From Bispira polyomma (Eukaryota), in contig OZ287753.1 in assembly GCA_965649765.1 (NCBI GenBank), positions 4,402,001-4,466,000 on the forward strand: 64,000 bases of DNA, given 5' to 3'. The position numbers and the translations under genes are program-made. Shown here piece by piece: positions 26,896-40,400 of the stretch. The first letter of the stretch is position 1, and every line of letters starts with the position of its first letter. The notes under the pieces were generated by a model. That model was not told where the DNA came from and searched no databases. It saw nothing but the letters and a program-made list of their open reading frames with translations.

Positions 26896-27745
26896 TTTTT
26901 GTATTGTATTGTACATTTTTAACAAGCCTTATTGATGCTAGGCATCTCCTAAGGGCAACATCAGAATCAATCAGCCAATAGAAAAATCGATAAACAATAG
27001 CCAGGTCATCAGGATGGATGCGTCAGTGCCCACGGAGAGGACTACAGAGGATAGGCGAGCCTGAAGAGATAGGTTTTTAGCTTTTTCCGAAATTCAGAAA
27101 GTTTTCCAAGCAATACAACTGGAAGCGGCAACCAAAAAGGCTTGAGATCCGCCCCTCTTGGTGGTTTTTTAGAGGAAACAGAGGGTCTCTTTCCTCTTTT
27201 AAGGCTGCTGAATGAGAGTTTTGTAGCAAGGTAGTGAGGGTGATGGGAGACAACAGCTTTAAAGGTAGTTACGTGCATTTTGATCAGGATTCGATAGTGA
27301 ATTGGAAGCCAATGGAGTTGCTTGAGGTATGGAGTTACATCAGTACGGATACCCAAATGAAACATGACTCTACATAGATAGTTTTGAATGGACTGTAACT
27401 TGTTTATGTGTGACTTATTCCAAACAATAGAGAATCACAATAGTCAAAGCGGCTACTCACAAGAGCATTGGCCACAGTAGTAGCACTATCAAGTGACAGA
27501 TAATTTCTGATTCTTTTGAGGTCACGATTGTGGTAGTAGCAGGAGCGTCAGATGTTGTTATTGTGAAGAAGAAATGAAAAAGCAGGGTCAAAAATGACGC
27601 CTTGGTTTTTACCTGTTCTGAAGGTGTAATTTCATTGCTCAGTAGTGTGATTGGGAAAGGTGATCTTAAGTATACAATGTGTTTCTTGTTGCCAACTAAG
27701 ATGAATTCGGCTTTATCTGGGTTTAATTTCAGTTTGGAGTAGTCA
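26896..27745 (-). mobile_element. Degenerate L2-group LINE 3' fragment
   Basis: ORF 27042-27365 has VTPYLKQLHWLPI..FRKKLKTYLFRLAY; upstream LNPDKAEFI and SRFDYC remnants; (ACAAT)n tail; absent from the paralog at about 12480. Confidence 0.85.
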
Positions 27746-29584
27746 ATCGACTTAACTCCAATTTAGAGTAATTTTGCATAATCCTGCTAACAAACAGGCA
27801 GGGTTGAAAACATGACCTTTTTGGTGAGAGTAAATAGTTCATGATATCTACATTTATACAGATGATTACAGTGAATGTTCTTAAAAGCCTGTGTGGGTGA
27901 GGCTTATAGAAGTAAAAAATATTAAAAAATCAATGAAAGTAACATTTTATTTACATATTGATATAAAAATGATCACACTAGAAGGCCAGTAAGTGGACTA
28001 GATACCTCCACCAAGGTGCTACTAAGCCAAAATTTGACAAAACAAAATCTTGAATTTTGCCACTCTAGATCTCCTTTAACATTTAATGAATTCTTCATTT
28101 GGAAATTCCATGCAAACTGGTTTAATGGTTTATGTTCAACATTGGCATTGGGATTCAATTAAGGAAATTGCAAATATATTCTTTAACTTTATATGCAGAT
28201 CTAGTATATCAATAGCTTTCTTATTTGCTTGGCACTGATATTGATAATGTTTTGGAATGGAAGATGGCTACCACCGAGATGGTCAGACTTGAGCAAACCA
28301 TATAATCTTTATAATCAACAATGAAACTCGATAATATGAACTGAAATATGTGGCAATGAGATATATACATGTATGTAGTTTGGACATCTGATCAGAAAAC
28401 TATCAAAATCATACAAAAACTTTTTCATAATGGTGTCGTGTGATAGAACACATTTCAGCACCTGTTATGTATTGCACATCACAACAACATATTTCACTGT
28501 CGAGTGGATACTAAAATGCTTTATTTCACCTATATTCAAACATAGTCAATAATTGTGTCCATTTTACAACTTGAAATTCTTTGGGTTATATTTCACTGCC
28601 TACTGATGAGTTAAAGACTTGACTACACTTTCACAAGACGGTAGTTATATTTGACTGTAGACATGTTTTCTTTATATACTATTATCATATTCAGGTTTTG
28701 AATTGGACACTGCTGTCCGGGCCATAAATGCATTGGTTAGCAGCTGTCTGAACATGTTATAGGATTTAGTAAAGCTAATTTAGTCCTCATTAGGCCTAGA
28801 AGTCTAACACATGGAAATAGATTGTCCGTTTCTACTTTCCGTCCCACAATTGGATTTGTAGATGTGGCTTTGTTGTCGTACTCAGTGGAATATACTCCCA
28901 CATGATGTTAGATTACCCTGAATAGTTTTAGAAGTCACATAAAAATCTACCTTTTCCAGGCTTGCGTACCACCCTCTATAGCCACCTTCCACGGTCAAGC
29001 CTTTGTCTGGCTATGACTTTCTTTCTGTAATGAGCCACCATTTTTTTTTTAGCTCTTTAGACAATCTTTCATCTCTGTAGCAAAAATAAACAGTATCATT
29101 GGTATTAGAAACCACTAACAGAAATTACATGGCAAACTTTTCCACGTGAAGTCAAACCCAGACCATAGAGGGCAGAGATATTAAATCTGATGCTGACACA
29201 ATCGCTAGGCCTGTGATATGAAAGCAGACGCTATGGCCCCTTCCATGTTATAGAGTAAATCGTGTGTCCTATTTTCCTTCATGTCAACTAGTTCTCCCTG
29301 CTTAAAAAATAAAAAAAAATGTAAAATAATATATATATGACCTTTTTCACAGTATAATTCCACACTAAAGTGCCTTGGCCCTTTCTCTACTCGGATATAT
29401 AGATGTGATTGAACCTTATAGATATCCTTTTATATGCATATAAACGGAATTTAAGACATTGGGCCCCAAAAAATGTAGCAAAAGGGTAATAATGGAGAAT
29501 TTTTTCTCATTCTAATAAAATGTACTCAATATGTGTGACAATTGTGTTGGATCATCTTTGTTCGGAAATTTTTATTTTGAATTT

Positions 29585-29720
29585 ACTTGGGTTTTACATC
29601 ACTTTTGAGAACTATGGTCATATTGTAAAGGCTAGATTTGTGGTTGGAGGAAACTAGTAGTAATATTTGTACTGAAAACCACTGACCTATGGCAAGTACC
29701 TGGCAAACCTTACCACATGA
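29585..29720 (-). mobile_element. Degenerate SINE fragment
   Basis: ggaggaaac..gaaaaccactgacctatggcaagtacctggcaaaccttaccacatg; weaker relatives at about 13960, 20925 and 29110. Confidence 0.45.
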
Positions 29721-32597
29721 TGGAAGCACTGTCCTCAAATTGATATTGGAATTCAAATACCAATCTCATACGCTTTAACATATTATTGCAGCTTTTTCAA
29801 ATGACCTTGTAACAAGTTAAATATATATGTATGTTGTATGTATAAACATAAAGCTGTACAGAATTTATGGTATTTATATTATTTTTACATCTTTATATTT
29901 TAGTTATGACGTCCCATTTTACCAGTACAGGCCAATTATTTTCCTCTGGTAAATAGAATCCTAACAGGAACTACATTTAATTCTATGCAGTTCTATTCCT
30001 TAGAGCCACAATCTGTAATCATGAATTGAAATATGTAATACTATATTAGTAATAGGAAAGGAAATGTTTTGGACAGGGTACCTTTATAGTATATGAAGAC
30101 CAACCCGTATCCATATATTAGTTTTAAAAATTTTATACACTATCGAATGTAGATGTAAATATTGTAATAAGTGATGAGATAAATATATTATTATTAGTAT
30201 TAAGCATTTGTATAGGGGCAAAATGTTCAAAATGCATCGTCTAAAGTGCTTTGTGCTGCAACAAGGAAAATTCCAACATCCATAGGTCTGTCATCATGCT
30301 TTTGTGTGTTCACATGTTGCTGAAAGATATTATTGTTGGCAGCACATAACAGTTCAACTGTTGGTATTTCAGATCAGCAGACAAACATTATAACCACCAG
30401 GAACTTCACAGTGAGATTATCTTTAGTATATTATTGGTACTATGCATTGATGGAAATTAACTTACTTTCAGAGATTGTAACAAAAAGATCAGGTTGGTCT
30501 TGCAAAAAAGAACCTTTGGGCAAAAGCAGTTAACCTTTGTAAAAAAATATAATTGTATGTCTGATACTAACAGAAAGAATTGCAGTATTGAGATGTACTA
30601 AAACCTCTGAGACAGACTAATAACATTCTGAAGTATTCTGCTTTCACCAAGTGATGAATTGGTTTGTACTTTAGGATTAGTAGGGTGAAGTATTGCAGGT
30701 GCCTCTAGTTATCAGCAGTAAGATCTGTAATAAAAATGGATGCTACTGATACACTCACACTGGGATACTAAATAAAAGAGAGACAATGCAATGGGCCAAG
30801 GATTTTAATTACAGTGTGTGTGGATGGTAAATTGGGAGTTGTACTAGCACCATCATTAACCACACAGACCAGACCCGAGACTGTAATGACCTATGTTCTC
30901 TTCTGTTACACTCATTTACTCACAGACTATATGCATGTGTGACAAAAAAGACAAAATAATATATAAATACTGCAATATTGACAAAGTTTAATCCAAGCTT
31001 ATCTGCTAAAACCATTTTAGCTTATTCAATCAGCTATCGATGTAGAACTTTAAGTACCAACCCAGTTTATCTAAACATATCCACAAGATATACACTTACA
31101 TTTTTAGTTAGAGTCTTAGGTGAGTTTAATGGTTCACCATTACCTTTCATGTATCCATCTGGCATGGTACAACCATTCCTGGTTTCTTTAAAAAGCCAGT
31201 TTATTGTCATTAGATTTTTTCAAGCTTAAAATAGCTTATCCATAGTTGAAACAGACCTCTTGAATATGTCTTTGTGTGAAAATAATTTGCAGTTTTAAAA
31301 ATCTCCACTTTATCAGGACCTTTTAAGTATTGCTTCAAATTGTAGATGATACCGTCACTGTGACCCAATATTATAATTTCAATGGTTAATTTAATCACAA
31401 TATACTGTATACATTTCATTAAAAAACATGAAAAGTTTCACTGTGAATTTTCTCAGCTATTTTCTCTTCACTGCTCTAAAAATACAGATGAATGATGCCT
31501 AAACTGTTTAGACTCATTGGACAAAGCAAAATAGAAAGTCGTAATTTATAGACAATTGGTTGGTATTCAATAGTGTTACTTTATGCCACCATAAATATGG
31601 TTTCCCCTAAGATCTAGACCCGGGATTTTGTGGTTTAGTATTGTCTGCTAAATTGTATTGAATAAATCTATTCACAAATGGTTATTCTTTTTATAAAATA
31701 TTGGATGTTCCTTATATTTTATACAAAAAACAATTGCACACAATATCTAAGGTGACTCATGGTGTTACATGGATAACTTTGAGAGTTCTTTGATAAAGAT
31801 AACTCGCACAGACAAAGAAAATGACAATGCACCTGTTGTAGATAAGTTTACCGTTAATCGGTATTTCAATGTTTTGGTACCTTACAATCTTCTTCCTGAA
31901 TAAACCCATTTTCATTACAAATCAAAATTTTAAATGAATTAATTGTTTTCTTAAACCTAATAGGTATAGGTTTTTGTAGCTGAACACCCAAAAGGAAATT
32001 TATTACTTTTCACATCTTGGTGGTCTTGATAGTTATCAAGCAAACTTAACTGATGTGTCTATATTTGAGAACATCACAGACTTTTGAAACTACTACTTGC
32101 TCAAAATTACTGTCACAAACTATCTGTCTCCGGGATTTCCATTTGTTTTGCCCTTTTTAGTTTACACTGCTAAACCTTGGGCTAGTGATGTTACTTTTAA
32201 TAAGATGTACCAAAGTAAAATTGAATAGAAATTCGCCTTAATACATCATCTCATGCATATTATATGGTATATTAGGTTTTTATATTATATTATACTAGGT
32301 ATATTAGTATTTAGAGCAATGCAGAGCATCAACTGAATTCAGTATAAAAGGGTAGTAACAACTTCTAGTTAAACTTGTAGCAAAAGTATTTAAACTTGTA
32401 TTAGTATTATACTGACATATCATTTTATTATATATATGTATCGTTAAAGATTACCTTAACAACTGATTGTGCCATCTCATGCTCTTCATTTGTGTAAGCT
32501 GACCATCTTTGAAATGAATGAAACCTGAATACTTCTGATGAAAAGTTTAAATCGTGGCTCCAAGAAAGACTGCTTATTAGAATGTTTGGTTATCACA

Positions 32598-33645
32598 AAG
32601 TTTATCAAGTCAATCTCAGTCAACTCTGCTGAAAACCACAGATGTCTCTGAAGGTATCTATGATCATTTTGCCACTTTTGACACTATTTTGTTATCCAAA
32701 GATCTCAAAGGTAAAACCAAAGTTATTCAAATTTGAAGATTAAATAAAATCGACATGATATATTGGCCACCAATATCCACAAATACCATGTAAACAAGCT
32801 GAAAGTTTAGGCAACCGATACCACAATACTCTTACCAAAATACTTGACACACATGCACCAGTCACCAACAAAAGCTCCTCATGAATAGTCGAACGCAGCC
32901 ATCTTTAAGGCCAAACGCTGTAAGCATCAGCATGAGAGAATTTTGCGTGAGACAAATCTAAGACATGTTCTTAAGAGCACTTTCATGCAATGTCCGAGAG
33001 TGATATGCTTAAACTTAAAACCTCCTCCCCTATGAAATCGTGTGACTTAGATCCTATTCCTGCTTCCAAAATCTCTAGAAATTCTTATTTCACCCATCAC
33101 CAACATAGTTAATTTTTTATTTCTTGGAGGCAGTTTTCCTGCGTGTTTTAAAACTGATTTTGTTACCCCGATAGTCAAGAACTCCAACCTTGATAAAAAA
33201 ACACAATTTTAGGCCTGCTTCTAACCTACAGCTACATTGGCTACTTGTCAAAAATCGCATCATTTTCAAGACCAATGTTACTACGTAGAAAACTGTAAAC
33301 CTATGTCAGCCCCCATATCTTGCCTCATTGTTGTCTTTCAGCAGGCTTACCAGGGGAAACAGAATGTCAATTTCTGATACCAAGACTAGCAAACGGATTG
33401 AATCTGATGGGTTCTCTGTTGCAACACCTACTCTATGGAATCATTTACCAACCAATATAAGATATCAGTAAACCCTGGCTTTGGAAGTAACCTTAAGACC
33501 AATCTATCTTACCCTCTATAGATATCTTTCTCCCCACGTCACCCTGAGGAAGGAATTTTCTATTGCAACTATGACTTTTTTGACTTTGTAAATGATGTTG
33601 TGCTTTAGAAAGGCCTAGCATAAATGCCTGGCAATCTATAATATC
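32598..33645 (+). mobile_element. Highly decayed, internally deleted L2/CR1-group LINE
   Basis: Remnant motifs LDTHAP, SCDLDPIP, FRPASNL, FSVATPTLWNHLP; flanked by a repeated tatcaca; absent from paralogous units. Confidence 0.7.
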
Positions 33646-35799
33646 ATATCACATTTTTTTGATATAATGACAATCTTTTAATCTTAAAATCACTGACTTT
33701 TAAACTCTAAGCACAAACAACCATACAGGTATATGTTGATGATCATATGTTGTATTACATGGTACTATATTCAGGAGGACATAGATAACAACATCAAATT
33801 TAAATTGATGGTGAGCATTTTTTTATCTGTTTGGAAGTGTAATTATTATTTGTTATAGTTAACTTATTATTCGAAATTATTTGTTGTACTTTTCCATACA
33901 AAATTTTTTTCCTTGTTCCAGATTTAAGGTTGATAGCTTCAAAGCTTTACAAATCTTGATATATCTATTTATTATAATAGAATGAACTAGACACCAATAC
34001 AAATCTACGATTTAGGTCTGATTCCCATATTTCATTTATGGGTTTAGTTTTGTTCATGTCAATATTAAATGTTTTTTTTATATTTGCATCATTGAATGTT
34101 GTTTTGCTAAACTTATTATGCTGTCTTAGCCAATATTTAAGCCTAATTAGTTGAGTTTTACCAGCACATTGGCAAGTTGTAAATACATGATTTTTGACAA
34201 CAACAGTGCATTGTTGTAGGATTAGCCATGTATTTCTTTTAAACTACACAGATCCATTGATACATTTAACAGTGCTAAATATAAAAATAAATCGCCAAGG
34301 TGCTTGTTCTTCTAGAAGGAAAAATCTCACAAAGGCTGCACTCAGAATACAATGGTGGATCTTTTGATCACCAGAGAAACTCCCTTATTACCAGAGACCT
34401 CACAGGGAAATTATTATATTGACTATATTATTCACACTATAAATTAACAAGTGAATGGAAAATCCAGATAAAAGGATACACAATCTCCAGATGATAGATT
34501 ATAAATATTGATGTTTTGTCTTGGAAACAATGGCCTTTTGCAAAAAGCAGTTAACCTTTGTGACAAATATAATTGTATATATGATACTAGGAGAAAGAGT
34601 TGCAGCATTTATAAATTTTAAAAACCCCCGAGACAGACTAATAAGATTCTGAAGTATGCTCCTTTCAGAATTGGTTTGTACTTCCCCATTCATAGTGTGA
34701 AGTATTGCAGGTGCCTCTAGTTATCAGAAGTAAAATCTGTAATAAGAATGGATGACACTGATACACTCACACTGGGATACTAAATAAAAGAGAGACAATG
34801 CAATGGGCCAAGGATTTTAATTACAGCATGTGGGTGGTAAATGGGGAGTTGTAACAGCATCACCATTAACTACACAGACTGGACTTGGGCATGTAGCAGG
34901 AACCATAAAACTCAAACTAACTCAAGACTCAAACTCAGAATACAAATATATATATTGTGGATATGTATATATATTCTGGGTTGATATTTAAAATTCTACA
35001 TCGATAACAAATTGAATGATCACAAATGTGTTTTTTATATATAATTAACGCATAATAGGTAAGCTTGGGTATAGTTTGTTAGTATGTATATTGTCAACGT
35101 ATACTTAAATGAACTATGTCAATATTGCAGTATTTATATATTATTTTTTGTCTTTTTTCAATAATGCATATAGTTTTTAGTAAATAGGTGTAACAGAACA
35201 GCTAATGCATAGGCCACTAACTTGGATGTATCCATCTGCTATAGTACAGCAATCCATGTTTTTGTCATTAGAATTTTGTCAAGCCTAAAATAACCTGAAT
35301 ACAGACCTGTAGAATATGTCCTTGTGTGTAAATAATTTATAATAGTAATAATCTCCACTTTATTAGGAGCTTTAAAGTATTGCTTCATATTGTAGATGAT
35401 ACTGTTAGTCTGTCAGCCGGAGCACTGACCACTACCAAAAAGTTGGACAAATGCTACCTATATTTTTTAAAGCCAGATATGTACTGATTTGGAAAATGTA
35501 TGATGGCATTGTATGTGTGGCAGCTTTTTGTGAAAAAAAACATGAAATTGCATATGAACCCCAGTGCACGTATCTTGCCATTTCATGAACAACCTTTTTT
35601 CTAGGGTTTCACACATAAGATCAATTTTATGGGTCATAACTATTTGTGTTTTAAAAATCATGCATACCATTGGAAAGCTCATGAAATTATCGTTCAGTTG
35701 ATATGTAATACATGTACTTATATATAATCTCATGCTTTATACTTAGCAATTTTCATCTCACCTTAAGGAACCCAGGGGATAAATTAAGTACTTCTGATT

Positions 35800-36365
35800 G
35801 ATAAATTCTCGATAATTAATATAACATAATTCACCAACTAGCAACAACAGAGCCAGTAAGCCAATAGAAAAGTCCAAAAACAGCCAAGGTCGTAAGGAAG
35901 GATGTGGGGTGCACAGGGAAGGAATTATGAGGGGTAGGTGAGTTTGAAGAGATCGGTTTTAAGCTTTTTTACTAAAATCAGAAAGTCTTCCAAGTGATCC
36001 TTACTCAACCGGGAAACCATTCCATAACATAGGGGCAGCAATAGAGAAAGCTTTTGATCCAGCCTTCTTGGTGGAGAAAAAGAAAAGAGAAAAATCTTTC
36101 TTTTTTTGAAAGACAATCAGCAAGGTATGGGGGCTATTGAAAAATAACATATGTGAGACTTTTTTGCTCTAAACAAAAGGGAATTTCAGTAGTCTAGACA
36201 GCAGCTAACACGGGAGTTATCCACAGTAATGGCAATATCCAGTGACAAATGATGTCTGATTCTTTTGCTGACACGAATGTGATAGTAACAGGAACAACAA
36301 ATGTTGCTGATGTGTGTATCAAATGAACACGTGGAGTCAATGGTGACACCAAGGTTCTTGACGTT
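35800..36365 (-). mobile_element. L2-group LINE fragment nested in the Academ-like element
   Basis: ORF 35925-36116 ends KKLKTDLFKLTYPS; KNLGVTIDS remnant; similar to 26896-27745. Confidence 0.7.
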
Positions 36366-36384
36366 AGCAGAGAGTTGAATTTGA

Positions 36385-36500
36385 ATTGGGATATTTAATG
36401 TCCTCTCTAGTACCTGTTTTGGTTATATTGGGATGGGTAGTTGCAAACACTGGAGAAAACACTGCATAAAGTTGATCAAGATTCTACACTGCAACCTGCA
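36385..36500 (-). mobile_element. 3' fragment of the 14843/52857 SINE family
   Basis: Matches 52870-52985 (atatttaatgtcc..ctggagaaaacactgcat..ttgatcaag). Confidence 0.65.
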
Positions 36501-36744
36501 CTGAAAGTGATGTAGATAGTGACCGAAACTGTCGAAAAATAAATGACATAATTTTAGCAGGTTGTAATCCTGAAGAGCAGGGGGAAAAGGTTTGAGTCTT
36601 CCCTTGAAGCGATTTTGAAGAAATTTGGGGATTATAAGTCCTGTGGTATTCACAGCTCGGATCCTATGGGATGGATTTCTTTATATTTGGATTGACTGTA
36701 ACCCATAGTTAGGCACTGTAAACACAATATGGCCGCCGTATGAG

Positions 36745-37460
36745 GCAATAAAGGAGAAAATTGACTGTTCTGACCAATGCCATTTATGAGGCTAAACATT
36801 GCAATGTCTATATCTAAGACCGCAAGAGAACAAAAAAACACCTATCCCATCAAACTGTCAAAGTCATAGCCAATGCACTTGTCAGCAGTCGATTGGACTA
36901 CTGCAATTCCCAATTCTTGGACTCAAAAAGTACCAGTTGCAAAGGTTACAGTCAATTGAGAATCACTTGTGTAGAGTTGTGTGCCAAGTAGGAACTATCA
37001 TCAATACAACTCCTTTTCTCAAAAGTCTTTGCTAGCATCACTATCACGTACCGCATCTTCAAGCCCAATATCATTACATACAAGGCTGTCAATCAAGTCA
37101 GCCCCCATATCATACCTTGCTGTCTTTCAGCAGGCTTACTACAGGAAACAGAATCTCAGTGTCCAACATCAGAACCAATAAACGAATTGGATCCTATGCC
37201 TTCTCTGTTGCAACACCAATGCTGTGGAACAATTTACCAGCCAACATAATATCCAAGAATATCCTCTGGTTTTAAAAGCAACCTCAAGACCTAACCCTTT
37301 AACCTTGCCTACCCTTCATAGTAATCTTTGTTGTCCACATCACCTTCCCAATCACATTTCACATTGGAAACGGTCTACGATTTAGCCAACTTGTTAATGA
37401 AGTTCCACTTCAGAAGAGGCCTGGCATCAATTAGACACATTATAAATCTATCATATTATA
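36745..37460 (+). mobile_element. L2-group LINE fragment
   Basis: Remnants ANALVSSRLDYCNS, LQRLQSIEN, TTPFLKSL, FSVATPMLWNNLP. Confidence 0.75.
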
Positions 37461-40400
37461 TCATTTTTGCAGTGTCTTCTCAGACAGGTATGCGCAGCTT
37501 AGATCCTGTGGGATGGATTTATTTTGTTTTAGACCTCAGTGTAACTTATAGTAAGGCAATGAAAATTCATATTTTAAATTTTGAAAAAAATCTACCATGG
37601 CCACTGAGGGAGGCCACACGAGGCGAACATTGACTGTATTTAAAGCATGTTCTCAGGTAGGTATGCTTGGCTTGATCTTATGACATGACTGTATCCTACA
37701 GTTGTCCAATAAAAATGCCTTTTTCAAACTTTGAAAAAGAATCCAAGATGACCACTGTAATACAATATGGCTGACATGAAAGGCAAAGACAGGCCTAAAT
37801 TGACATTGTTTCTTTGTTTTAAATTGCATATTCATCTCGTATGTACCTGCACATACATACCACATCTTCCAATGACTGTGTATATATTACCTCCTGCCCT
37901 AAAATCTTCTCAAAGTTTTATTTGTATCAAAATTTCTTACAAAATACACAACACCAATCCCTACGCCGGGTGACATAATCTGTCTCCACTTGTTTATTGC
38001 ATATTTTTTGCATCAGAACTGAAAAATAACTAATGTACAATTCATATAAATAATGTTATACTGGAAAATTATCTTAAAAGCTAGTAATTGAATCCAATGA
38101 GCAAACAGTTAAAGTTGTAAGAAGAGGTTATAGTTTTTTCAAAAATATGGAATTTAAGTATTCAGAATGAGATTATGCGTAAAGTATTACACATCAATTG
38201 AAAAATAATTCCATGAGCTTTCCAATACTATGTATGATTTTCAAAATACAAATAGTTATGACACATTAAATTGATCTTATGTGTGAAACCCTAGAAAAAA
38301 ATTGTCCATAAAACAGCGAAATACCTGCACTAGGGTACGTGTACAATTTCATGTTTTTTCACAAAAAGCTGCCACACATACAATGCTATCATGCATTTCC
38401 AAATCAGTACATATCTGGTTTTAAAAAAAATATAGATAGCATTTGTCCATCTGTGTGGTAATGATTACCAACTTTTCAGGGTTGACCTGATAGACTATGT
38501 CACTGTGACCCAATACTGTCATTTCAGGGGTTAATTTAATCACAATATACTGTATATATTTCATTACATATAAATGAAAAGTTTTAATGTGAATTTATTT
38601 CAGCTAAAATTGTGTGATGAATTCAATTGTTTTTTATCAATTGCTTGTAAACTCTCGAAAAGCTCTTTGAAAAAAAAGCTCAAATGCATAGGGTGTCAAA
38701 AATTATGTTTAATGTTGATTGTTCCAAATGTGCCAAAAATACAGACAAATGACATTAAAACTGTTTACATAAAATTGTTGGGTATGAGATTACATTACTA
38801 TATTCCATCGTAAATATTCTCCACCCGAATGCAGTGGTCACACTGAGCACGTTCGTGTTTACCTTCACTTCATTTTAAACGTAAGCAAACGGAAATAAAG
38901 AAAGTACAATTTGGGAAACCTAATAAAAAATCAATGTATTGGCTGTTTTGTACAAGTTCTGTACACTTTTGTACACAAAATAAACACGTTCAATTATGTT
39001 TGTACCATTAGCCACATTTAAAATATGTTTTAAAAACGTTAGCCCCATTTGTAAACATGTTTCGATCTTGTTTCCTCATTTTAAATTGGTTGCATTCGCT
39101 TCACCCACATCTTTCACGTTTCTGGTTATTATTGGGATGTATAGTACGTTTTACTGCCATCCTTGAAGTTATATATGCATTGAAGACATGTCATACGTTA
39201 CCGGCAAACTCACTAACCGTTGTAGCAGAGATCGGCGAAAACACCTCAAACGGAATTAAATTCCGTGTAGCAATAAATTATGAGATCAAGGGACCATCTT
39301 ACTCACGCATGCTTACGTTTACTTAAGCATACTACATCAACTTTACAAATGCTTACATTTTACTTACCAGTGCTATTTATAGCCATTTTTTGTGCATAAT
39401 TGAAACGTAAGCTTATTGTTTCATAAAATTTTGACTGTTCTTCTCACAAAGAACAATTGCCCACAATCTAGGAGGAACAATTTTTTTGGCCCAATTTGTT
39501 ACCTGGAATCGACCCTCCAACAAGTATTATTAATTCTAGGTATTTATGAAAAAACCAGATTGGACCTAGATCAAGAATATCAGTCTCCTGGCTAATAATT
39601 GACACTAATTAACCCCCAATGAATCCTAAGCCAGCAGCATTCCAAATGAATAAAAATAATCATTAATTAGCATGTAACTCACAGAGAATGGTTACAATAT
39701 GTGTCAAAACACTTATGCTGGCTTGTGGTGTTACATGGATAACTCTGAGAGTTATTTGACAAAGATAACTCCCACAGACAAAGGAGTTTTATTATCAAAA
39801 TGGATAAGTTCACCTTAAATCAATATTTCACTAGTTTGGTATTTAAAATAGTTATTCCTGCATAAACATGTAATATTATAAATCCTAATATGAAATAAAT
39901 TGACTCTCTTCCTAAACCTATTAGCTATAGGTTTTTGCACTGCTCACCAAAAAGCAAATATTTTAATTGAGTTTTTGGAACAAAAATAAGCTTATTAGCA
40001 TCTTGGTGGACCTGCCAGCAATAAACTTTTATGCCAGCAATTTGAGAACAGCACAGGCTTTTGACACAACTACTTTCTTAAATTACTGTCACAAACTTCT
40101 GTCTCTGGGTTATGGTTTCATTAGGTTTCTATTAAAGTAACACCTACAGGGCCAATTAATAACACAGACTTTATACAAACAAGACAAGGTCAAACAACTA
40201 AATGGGTAGATAAATGAGTATTACAGGTGGCATTTTTATTAAGTATTAGGGATGTCCCTGAATAAAAATATTATAAAACCACCATTGCAAGGTCCCTGCA
40301 TTCTTTATCATCCACAATATATTGTAATAATTCAAAATTACACATTGTTTATATGCCTTAATAACACATTATTTATATGCCTTTATCCCATTTTCTATTT

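Larger units (their letters stand above)
4440..29550 (+). repeat. Tandem segmental array, unit A (about 5 kb); copies about 4440-9870, 9975-14560, 19670-20550 (partial), 24740-29550
   Basis: Collinear shared blocks such as atagtcacaactgata, atcttcacattcc, aatgagactctggcccagag, agtgaagtaaggtcctccataaaacat and gacattgggg. Boundaries are approximate. Confidence 0.85.
35406..38497. mobile_element. Non-autonomous long-TIR DNA transposon, Academ-like
   Basis: About 330-bp inverted termini (35406-about 35740 versus about 38165-38497) beginning TAGTC and ending GACTA; 3-bp TSD TGT; empty site gataccgtcactgtgaccc at about 31347. Confidence 0.75.

Noticed and set aside
38820-39410. Unique inserts at about 22800-23150, 38820-39410, 49590-50390 and 55100-55710
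   Set aside because: Probably decayed DNA-transposon derivatives, but termini and TSDs could not be established.
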